Source: Antedon mediterranea (Eukaryota > Animalia > Echinodermata). Taken from it: 64,000 bases of DNA. Where the stretch lies: contig NC_092671.1 of assembly GCF_964355755.1 (NCBI RefSeq), positions 11,718,001 to 11,782,000 of the forward strand. Reading direction: 5' to 3'. Below are positions 53,101 to 64,000 of the stretch, in pieces. The notes beneath the pieces are model-generated. The model had not been told where the DNA came from. It saw only the letters and a program-made list of their open reading frames with translations, and made no database searches. Numbering within the stretch: position 1 is the first letter of the stretch; every line of letters begins with the position of its first letter. The translations under genes and the position numbers were made by a program.

Positions 53101-53187
53101 GAAAGACATTGTGAAATTTTGGTAATCATTAACATTAAACTTTTTGAGATATTTGTTACACAAAATCTGTACAGAGAGAAATAAATA
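50123..53187 (-). mobile_element. Two subfamily-A HINE-like units
   Basis: Both start ACTAGAATTTAATTCGTCACTTTGACGAATTATAGGTGATC; similar to each other, diverged from later units, and both lack the terminal IR tip. Confidence 0.8.
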
Positions 53188-56100
53188 ACTAGACATGTAA
53201 CTCGTCACTTTGACGAGTTTGGTTATCCGCCGCGCAAGTGGTGCAACATTAACATTAAGGGGATAGGTTGAGGACAAAAGGAAGTGTTCACGTTGGCATT
53301 ATGACCTGAACTGAAGAATATGATCTGTTGTTATTGCTGAATTTTATTATTTAAATTCATATATAGTATACACAGTATAATCTGTATCCATATCACATAC
53401 AGTGTAGAATAGGTGAAATTACGGGACCCGCTATTTATTGCAATTTTTAACATGTTGATGGTTTTAAAATGAAACGCGAAGTTAGCAATTCCGAAAGCAA
53501 ATTATCTCAGCAACAACGTATTAGCGTGTAGAAGAAATTTGAATACGTTAAATATTGATGCGCGCTCTTTTAAATGTAATGAATTATGACGAAAAAGATG
53601 AAAATACGACCATTTTTATTTAACTGGCCATATGATGACGTCACAACATCCGATTGGCAACATTTTTACATAATTTCATATCTACAATCCAATAGCTTCC
53701 AGAAAAAGTTTTAATCGTGATTATCACATTTTATTCTTACGAGCTATAACAGATTCAAATTTACTGTAAAGATGAAATTGATGCCACACGTGATTTAAAT
53801 TTTTAGGCATGATGACGTCAAAAAAATTAAAATATTTTTAACTCATGCGAAAGATAGTTGATTGACCTAGACAATATCAAAATCGGGGTGAAAATGGAAA
53901 ACGGATAAGTGGAGATGCGCTCTATTCAATGTGATGAGCTATGACGAAAGATACAAAAATACTAAATTTTATATTCGCGTGGCCATACGATGACGTCACA
54001 ATGTCCGGTTAGCCATATTAATACCTGATCCGATATCTACAACTCATCTACTTCCAGAATATGTCATCCACAAAAATTTGACCGTCTAGTTTAGAAATTA
54101 CGACTGTTTAAAAAAAGGCATATTTTAAACGAATTTTTTAACCTTTTCATAAAAAACGCGCGCAAATTGTCCAATTCGACGTGCTCGTATGACGTATCTT
54201 TAAGTCGAAATTGTTTAAAATTTGGTAAAATTACTAGAAAAGGCTGGAAAAACATAAATCACGCGAAAAAAATACGTTTTCTATGCTACGTGCGCACCGC
54301 ACACGTAGAAATGTGCGCACGCGTGGGAATTTTTGACATGCTTAAAACGACATGAAACGCGTAGAAAGTTGATTATAAATTAATTTTGCGCATTTTGAAA
54401 TTTTAAATGTGCGTGCGCGCGTAACTTTGTGTAAAACACGCAATTTTTTTTCAACAGAAATTTAGCGCATGATATAAATTAAACTTTTGCAAAGTTTCAC
54501 TTTAAAATGTTATTTGGTTTTCGACATATGTTAAATACGATAAAATCGTTAAATCGCGCGTACGTCACGTTGCGCAATTGTAAACATCATGAAAAGCTTC
54601 GCTTGACGACGTTACATAAATGTCAAAATGTTAACATAGTTAACAAAATGTTATGTTTGCGAGTTTTAGAGAAAAGCGTTACACAAAAATCATACAGAAA
54701 GAAAGAAGAAGAATAAAAAGATGATGATGATGATGATTTCGTACAATCACAAGAGGTTATCCTGCAACTTCGTTGCGGATAACCAACTAGACATGTAACT
54801 CGTCACTTTGACGAGTTTGGTTATCCGCCGCGCAAGTGGTGCAACATTAACATTAAGGGGATAGGTTGAGGACAAAAGGAAGTGTTCACGTTGGCATTAT
54901 GACCTGAACTGAAGAATATGATATGTTGTTATTGCTGAATTTTATTATTTAAATTCATATATAGTATACACAGTCTAATCTGTATCCATATCACATACAG
55001 TGTAGAATAGGTGAAATTACGGGACCCGCTATTTATTGCAATTTTTAACATGTTGACGATTTTAAAATGAAACGCGAAAGTAGCAATTCCGAAAGGAAAT
55101 TATCTCAGCAACAACGTATTAGCGTGTAGAAGAAATTTGAATACGTGAAATATTGATGCGCGCTCTTTTAAATGTAATGAATTATGACGCAAAAGATGAA
55201 AATATGACCTTTTTTATTTAACTGGCCATATGATGACGTCACAACATCCGATTGGCAACATTTTAACATAATTTTGTATCTACAATCCAATAGCTTCCAG
55301 AAAAAGTTTTAATCGTGATTATCACATTTTATTCTTACGAGCTATAACAGATTAAAATTTACTGTAAAGATGAAATTGATGCCACACGTGATTTCAATTT
55401 TTAGGCATGATGACGTCATAAAAATTAAAATATTTTTCACTCATGCGAAAGATAGTTGATTGACCTAGACAATATCAAAATCGGGGTGAAAATGGAAAAC
55501 GGATAAGTGGAGATGCGCTCTATTCAATGTGATGAGCTATGACGAAAGATACAAAAATCCTAAATTTTATATTCGCGTGGCCATACGATGACGTCACAAT
55601 GTCCGGTTAGCCATATTAATACCTGATCCGATATCTACAACTCATCTACTTCCAGAATATGCCATCCACAAAAAGTTGACCGTCTAGTTTAGAAATTACG
55701 ACTGTTTAAAAAAAGGCATATTTTAAACGAATTTTTTAACCTTTTCATAAAAAACGCGCGCAAATTGTCCAATTCGACGTGCTCGTATGACGTATCTTTA
55801 AGTCGAAATTGTTAAAAATTTGGTTAAATTACATAAAAAGGCTGGAAAAACATAAATCACGCGAAAAAAATACGTTTTCAATGCTACGTGCGCACCGCTC
55901 ACGTAAAAATGTGCGCACGCGTGGGAATTTTTGACATGTTTAAAACGACATGAAACGCGTAGAAAGTTGATTATAAATTAGTTTCGCGCATTTTGAAATT
56001 TTAAATGCGCGTGCGCGCGTAAGTTTGTGTAAAACACGCAATTTTTTTTCAACAGAAAGTTAGCGCATGATATAAATTAAACTTTTGCAAAGTTTCAAGT

Positions 56101-57854
56101 TGAAATGTTATTTGGTTTTCGACATATGTTAAATACGAGAAAATCGTTAAATCGCGCGTACGTCACGTTGCGCAATTGTAAACATCATGAAAAGCTTCGC
56201 TTGACGACGTTACATAAATGTCAAAATGTTAACATAGTTAACAAAATGTTATGTTTGCAAGTTTCAGAGAAAAGCGTTACACAAAAATCATACAGAAAGA
56301 AAGAAGAAGAATAACTAGACATGTAACTCGTCACTTTGACGAGTTTGGTTATCCGCCGCGCAAGTGGTGCAACATTAACATTAAGGGGATAGGTTGAGGA
56401 CAAAAGGAAGTGTTCACGTTGGCATTATGACCTGAACTGAAGAATATGATATGTTGTTATTGCTGAATTTTATTATTTAAATTCATATATAGTATACACA
56501 GTATAATCTGTATCCATATCACATACAGTGACATACATAGAATAGGTGAAATTACGGGACCCGCTATTTATTGCAATTTTTAACATGTTGACGGTTTTAA
56601 AATGAAACGCGAAGGTAGCAATTCCGAAAGGAAATTATCTCAGCAACAACGTATTAGCGTGTAGAAGAAATTTGAATACGTGAAATATTGATGCGTGCTC
56701 TTTTAAATGTAATGAATTATGACGCAAAAGATGAAAATACGACCTTTTTTTATTTAACTGGCCATATGATGACGTCACAACATCCGATTGGCAACATTTT
56801 TACATAATTTCATATCTACAATCCAATAGCTTCCAGAAAAAGTTTTAATCGTGATTATCACATTTTATTCTTACGAGCTATAACAGATTAAAATTTACTG
56901 TAAAGATGAAATTGATGCCACACGTGATTTAAATTTTTAGGCACGATGACGTCAAAAAAATTAAAATATTTTTCACTCATGCGAAAGATAGTTGATTGAA
57001 CTAGACAATATCAAAATCGGGGTGAAAATGGAAAACGGATAAGTGGAGATGCGCTCTATTCAATGTGATGAGCTATGACAAAAGATACAAAAATCCTAAA
57101 TTGTATATTCGCGTGGCCATACGATGACGTCACAATGTCCGGTTAGCCATATTAATACCTGATCTGATATCTACAACTCATCTACTTCCAGAATATGTCA
57201 TCCACACAAATTTGACCGTCTAGTTTAGAAATTACGACTGTTTAAAAAAAGGCATATTTTAAACGAATTTTTTAACCTTTTCATAAAAAACGCGCGCAAA
57301 TTGTCCAATTCGACGTGCTCGTATGACGTATCTTTAAGTCGAAATTGTTTAAAATTTGGAAAAATTACTAGAAAAGGCTGGAAAAACATAAATCACGCGA
57401 AAAAAATACGTTTTCAATGCTACGTGCGCACCGCACACGTAGAAATGTGCGCACGCGTGGGAATTTTTGACATGCTTAAAACGACATGAAACGCGTAGAA
57501 AGTTGATTATAAATTAATTTTGCGCATTTTGAAATTTTAAATGTGCGTGCGCGCGTAACTTTGTGTAAAACACGCAATATTTTTTCAACAGAAAGTTAGC
57601 GCATGATATAAATTAAACTTTTGCAAAGTTTCACTTTAAAATGTTATTTGGTTTTCGATATATGTTAAATACGAGAAAATCGTTAAATCGCGCGTACGTC
57701 ACGTTGCGCGATTGTAAACATCATGAAAAGCTTCGCTTGACGACGTTACATAAATGTCAAAATGTTAACATAGTTAACAAAATGTTATGTTTGCAAGTTT
57801 TAGAGAAAAGCGTTACACAAAAATCATACAGAAAGAAAGAAGATTAAGAAAAAG

Positions 57855-59442
57855 ACTAGACATGTAACTCGTCACTTTGACGAGTTAGTTATCCGCACGA
57901 CAAAGGCCACGTAGACGTCATACGTTAGAATATTGCACACAGAAAAAGATTGTGGCAATATGACCTGAACTGAAGAATATGATATGTTGTTATTGCTGAA
58001 TTCTGTTATTTTGTGTCATATTATATATACAATATAATCTGTATACATTTTACATACTGTGTAGAATAGGTGAAATGACTGGACCCGCCATTTATTCCAA
58101 TTTTTAACATAGCGACGGTATCAAAATGAAATACTAAGATAGCAATTTCGGAAGGAAATTATCTCGGCAACAACATATTAATGTGTAGAAGAAATTTAAA
58201 TACGTAAAATATTGATGCGCGCTCTTTTAAATGTGATGAATTATGACGCAAAAGATGAAAATACGACTTTTTTTATTTAACTGGTCATATGATGACGTCA
58301 CAACATCCGATTGGCAAAATGTTTACATAAATTCGTATCTACAATCCAATAGCTTCCAGAAAACGTTTTAATCATGATTATCACGTTTTATTCTGACGAG
58401 CTATAACAGATTGAAATTTACTGTAAAGACGAAAATAAGTGACCCACGTTATTTACATTTTTAGACATGATGACGTCATAAAAATTAAAATATTTTTAAC
58501 TCATACGAAAGATAGTTGATTGACCTAGATAATATAAAAATCGGGGTAAAAATGGAAAACAGATAATTGGAGATGCGCTCTATTAAATGTCATGCGCTAT
58601 GATGAAAGATACAAAAATCCTATATTTTATATTCGCGTGGCCATACGATGACGTCACAATGTCCGGTTAGCCATATTATTACATGATCCGATATCTACAC
58701 CTCATCAACTTCAAGAATATGTCATCCACAAAAAGTTGACCGTCCAGTTTAGAAATTACGACTGTTTAAAAAAAGGCATAATTTTGACAAATTTTAACGA
58801 ATTTTTTACCTTTTTCATCAAAAACCCACGTAAATTATCCAATTCGACGTGCCCGTATGACGTAATTTTAAGTCTAAATCATTTAAAAGTTGGTAAAATT
58901 ACTACAAAAGGCTGGAAAAACATAAATCACGCGAAAAAAATTGTTTTCAACGCTACGTGCGCACGGCGCGCGTAAAAAAATGCGCACGCGTGGGAATTTT
59001 TTACCTGCTCAAAATGACATGAAACGCGTAGAAAGTGGATTAGAAATTGATTTTTCGCGTTTTGAAATTTTAAACGCGCGTGCGCGCGTAACTTCGTGTA
59101 AAACATGCAATTTTTTTTACAAAGTCAGTTAGCGCAAGATATAACTAAAACTTTTGTTAAGTTTCAATTTAAATTGTTATATGGTTTTCGATGTATGTTA
59201 AATACGCGAAATTCGTTAAAACGCGCGTAAGTCATGTTGTGCAATTCTGACGTCATTCAGAAATAGAAAAGCACAACTTCAGGTGAATACCCATATGTTG
59301 ACAAAGTTATGAAATGTTAACTTTACACGTTTTTGAGATATGCTCTGCACAAAAATGACAGAAAGAAAGAATAATACAGAAAAAAAAAAAAGATGATGAA
59401 ACAGGACAGTTACAAGGAGTTATCCGCTGAGTGCGGATAACT
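57855..59442 (-). mobile_element. Complete subfamily-C HINE-like unit embedded among subfamily-B units
   Basis: Own subTIR AGTTATCCGCAC near 57887 is matched by terminal AGTTATCCGC-TGAGT-GCGGATAACT ending at 59442; body visibly diverged from neighbours. Confidence 0.8.
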
Positions 59443-61176
59443 AATAAAAAGATGATGTTGATGATGATGATTTCGTACAATCACAAGAGGTTATCCTGCA
59501 ACTTCGTTGCGGATAACCAATAAAAAGTTGATGATGATGATGATGATTTCGTACAATCACAAGAGGTTATCCTGCAACTTCGTTGCGGATAACCAACTAG
59601 ACATGTAACTCGTCACTTTGACGAGTTTGGTTATCCGCCGCGCAAGTGGTGCAACATTAACATTAGGGGGATAGGTTGAGGACAAAAGGAAGTGTTCACG
59701 TTGCCATTATGACCTGAACTGAAGAATATGATAATTATGTTGTTATTGCTGAATTTTATTATTTAAAGTCATATATAGTATATACACAGTATAATCTGTA
59801 TCCATATCACATACAGTGTAGAATAGGTGAAATTACGGGACCCGCTATTTATTGCAATTTTTAACATGTTGACGGTTTTAAAATGAAACGCGAAGGTAGC
59901 AATTCCGAAAGGAAATTATCTCAGCAACAACGTATTAGCGTGTAGAAGAAATTTGAATACGTGAAATATTGATGCGCGCTCTTTTAAATGTAATGAATTA
60001 TGACGCAAAAGATAAAAATACGACCTTTTTTATTTAACTGGCCATATGATGACGTCACAACATCCGATTGGCAACATTTTTACATAATTTCGTATCTACA
60101 ATCCAATAGCTTCCAGAAAAAAATTTTAATCGTGATTATCACATTTTATTCTTACGAGCTATAACAGATTAAAATTTACCGTAAAGATGAAATTAATGCC
60201 ACACGTGATTTAAATTTTTAGGCATGATGACGTCAAAAAAATTAAAATATTTTTAACTCATGCGAAAGATACTTGATTGACCTAGACAAAATCAAAATCG
60301 GGGTGAAAATGGAAAACGGATAAGTGGAGATGCGCTCTATTCAATGTGATGAGCTATGACGAAAGATACAAAAATCCTAAATTTTATATTTGCATGGCCA
60401 TACGATGACGTCACAATGTCCGGTTAGCCATATTAATACCTGATCCGATATCTACAACTCATCTACTTCCAGAATATGCCATCCACAAAAAGTTGACCGT
60501 CTAGTTTAGAAATTACGACTGTTTAAAAAAAGGCATATTTTAAACGAATTTTTTAACCTTTTCATAAAAAACGTGCGCAAATTGTCCAATTCGACGTGCT
60601 CGTATGACGTATCTTTAAGTCGAAATTGTTTAAAATTTGGTAAAATTACTAGAAAAGGCTGGAAAAATATAAATCACGCGAAAAAAGTACGTTTTCAATA
60701 CTACGTGCGCACCGCACACGTAAAAATGTGCGCACGCGTGGGAATTTTTGACATGCTTAAAACGACATGAAACGCGTAGAAAGTTGATTATAAATTAATT
60801 TTGCGCATTTTGAAATTTTAAATGCGCGTGCGCGCGTAACTTTGTGTAAAACACGGAATTTTTTTTCAACAGAAAGTTAGCGCATGATATAAATTAAACT
60901 TTTGCAAAGTTTCAAGTTGAAATGTTATTTGGTTGTCGAGCTATGTTAAATACGACAAAATCGTTAAATTGCGCGTAAGTCACGTTGCGAAATTGTAAAC
61001 GTCATGAAAAGCTTCGCTTGACGACGTTACGTAAATGTCAATATGTTAAGATAGTTACCGAAATGTTATGTTTGCGAGTTTTAGAGAAAAGCGTTACACA
61101 AAAATCATACAGAATGATTTCGTACAATCACAAGAGGTTATCCTGCAACTTCGTTGCGGATAACCAAATAAAAAGT

Positions 61177-61209
<33 letters not shown>

Positions 61210-64000
61210 CGTACAATCACAAGAGGTTATCCTGCAACTTCGTTGCGGATAACCAATAACTAGACATGTAACTCGTCACTTTGACGAGTTTGGTTATCCG
61301 CCGCGCAAGTGGTGCAACATTAACATTAAGGGGATAGGTTGAGGACAAAAGGAAGTGTTCACGTTGGCATTATGACCTGAACTGAAGAATATGATATGTT
61401 GTTATTGCTGAATTTTATTATTTAAATTCATATATAGTATACACAGTATAATCTGTATCCATATCACATACAGTGACATACATAGAATAGGTGAAATTAC
61501 GGGACCCGCTATTTATTGCAATTTTTAACATGTTGACGGTTTTAAAATGAAACGCGAAGGTAGCAATTCCGAAAGGAAATTATCTCAGCAACAACGTATT
61601 AGCGTGTAGAAGAAATTTGAATACGTGAAATATTGATGCGCGCTCGTTTAAATGTAATGAATTATGACGCAAAAGATGAAAATACGACCTTTTTTATTTA
61701 ACTGGCCATATGATGACGTCACAACATCCGATTGGCAACATTTTTACATAATTTCGTATCTACAATCCAATAGCTTCCAGAAAAAGTTTTAATCGTGATT
61801 ATCAAATTTTATTCTTACGAGCTATAACAGATTAAAATTTACTGTAAAGATGAAATTGATGCCACACGTGATTTAAATTTTTAGGCATGATGACGTCAAA
61901 AAAATTAAAATATTTTTAACTCATGCGAAAGATAGTTGATTGACCTAGACAATATCAAAATCTGGGTGAAAATGGAAAACGAATAAGTGGAGATGCGCTC
62001 TATTCAATGTGATGAGCTATGACGAAATATACAAAAATCCTAAATTTTATATTCGCGTGGCCATACGATGACGTCACAATGTCCGGTTAGCCATATTAAT
62101 ACCTGATCCGATATCTACAACTCATCTACTTCCAGAATATGTCATCCACAAAAAGTTGACCGTCTAGTTTAGAAATTACGACTGTTTAAAAAAAGGCATA
62201 TTTTAAACGAATTTATTAACCTTTTCATAAAAAACGCGCGCAAATTGTCCAATTCGACGTGCTCGTATGACGTATCTTTAAGTCGAAATTTTGTTAAAAT
62301 TTGGTAAAATTACTAGAAAAGGCTGGAAAAACATAAATTACGCGAAAAAAATACGTTTTCAATGCTACGTGCGCACCGCACACGTAAAAATGTGCGCACG
62401 CGTGGGAATTTTTGACATGCTTAAAACGACATGAAACGCGTAGAAAGTTGATTAGAAATTAATTTTGCGCATTTTGAAATTTTAAATGCGCGTGCGCGCG
62501 TAACTTTGTGTAAAACACGGAATTTTTTTTCAACAGAAAGTTAGCGCATGATATAAATTAAACTTTTGCAAAGTTTCAAGTTGAAATGTTATTTGGTTGT
62601 CGAGCTATGTTAAATACGACAAAATCGTTAAATCGCGCGTAAGTCACGTTGCGCAATTGTAAACGTCATGAAAAGCTTCGCTTGACGACGTTACGTAAAT
62701 GTCAATATGTTAAGATAGTTACCGAAATGTTATGTTTGCGAGTTTTAGAGAAAAGCGTTACACAAAAATCATACAGAATGATTTCGTACAATCACAAGAG
62801 GTTATCCTGCAACTTCGTTGCGGATAACCAACTAGACATGTAACTCGTCACTTTGACGAGTTTGGTTATCCGCAGCGCAAGTGGTGCAACATTAACATTA
62901 AGGGGATAGGTTGAGGACAAAAGGAAGTGTTCACGTTGGCATTATGACCTGAACTGAAGAATATGATATGTTGTTATTGCTGAATTTTGTTATTTAAATT
63001 CATATATAGTATACACAGTATAATCTGTATCCATATCACATACAGTGTAGAATAGGTGAAATTACGGGACCCGCTATTTATTGCAATTTTTAACATGTTG
63101 ACGGTTTTAAAATGAAACGCGAAGGTAGCAATTCCGAAAGGAAATTATCTCAGCAACAACGTATTAGCGTGTAGAAGAAATTTGAATACGTGAAATATTG
63201 ATGTGCGCTCTTTTAAATGTAATGAATTATGACGCAAAAGATGAAAATACGACCTTTTTTATTTAACTGGCCATATGATGACGTCACAACATCCGATTGG
63301 CAACATTTTAACATAATTTCGTATCTACAATCCAATAGCTTCCAGAAAAAGTTTTAATCGTGATTATCACATTTTATTCTTACGAGCTATAACAGATTAA
63401 AATTTACTGTAAAGATGAAATTGATGCCACACGTGATTTCAATTTTTAGGCATGATGACGTCATAAAAATTAAAATATTTTTCACTCATGTGAAAGATAG
63501 TTGATTGACCTAGACAATATCAAAATCGGGGTGAAAATGGAAAACGGATAAGTGGAGATGCGCTCTATTCAATGTGATGAGCTATGACGAAAGATACAAA
63601 AATCCTAAATTTTATATTCGCGTGGCCATACGATGACGTCACAATGTCCGGTTAGCCATATTAATACCTGATCCGATATCTACAACTCATCTACTTCCAG
63701 AATATGCCATCCACAAAAAGTTGACCTTCTAGTTTAGAAATTACGACTGTTTAAAAAAAGGCATATTTTAAACGAATTTTTTAACCTTTTCATAAAAAAC
63801 GCGCGCAAATTGTACAATTCGACGTGCTCGTATGACGTATCCTTAAGTCGAAATTGTTAAAAATTTGGTAAAATTACATGAAAAGGCTGGAAAAACATAA
63901 ATCACGCGAAAAAAATACGTTTTCAATGCTACGTGCGCACCGCACACGTAAAAATGTGCGCAAGCGTGGGAATTTTTGACATGCTTAAAACGACATGAAA

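Larger units (their letters stand above)
50123..64000 (-). mobile_element. Tandem/nested cluster of ~1.5-1.6-kb non-autonomous Helentron/Helitron2-type (DINE-1/HINE-like) elements, at least 9 units
   Basis: Units begin (+ coordinates) with ACTAG at 50123, 51677, 53188, 54786, 56314, 57855, 59596, 61259, 62831. Each has a TCGTCA-CTT-TGACGA hairpin, followed in subfamilies B/C by GTTATCCGC; complete units end with a (GAA/GAT)n tract and GGTTATCC..GCGGATAACC. On the minus strand this is subTIR+IR, microsatellite, subTIR, hairpin, CTAGT. No coding capacity. Confidence 0.85.

Noticed and set aside
59443-59594. Repeated hairpin tips resembling a CRISPR-like or terminator array
   Set aside because: Eukaryotic context, no unique spacers, no cas genes; they are element termini.
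53062-62843. Recurrent 60-79-aa ORFs in the array
   Set aside because: They recur only because the DNA is repeated; frames are not kept between units and there are no Rep/helicase motifs.

Overview
AT-rich, intron-containing animal DNA; an invertebrate deuterostome such as an echinoderm is my inference from the repeat types and gene structure. Almost all of the supplied ORF track is noise. The real genes are spliced: (1) COX7C (+, two coding exons, 25848-26433); (2) the first coding exon of CFAP410/C21orf2 (-, 24053-24132), head-to-head with COX7C; (3) a probable four-exon gene (-, 37703-34593) for a ~100-aa secreted Cys-rich precursor with a KR site, which I cannot assign to a family; (4) an isolated phase-1/1 EGF-like exon (-, 44730-44849). 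The rest is mostly mobile DNA: nested foldback/MITE elements, Harbinger-like MITEs, a Deu/Nin-type tRNA SINE, a decayed Penelope-like element, small DINE-1/HINE-like elements, and a >13.8-kb cluster (50123 to window end) of ~1.5-1.6-kb Helentron-type non-autonomous elements from three subfamilies, apparently inserted into one another. Also notable are a 1.62-kb circularly permuted near-identical duplication (42925-44546 vs 47276-48895) and abundant TA-CTG/CAG-TA motifs that look like Tc1/mariner excision footprints.
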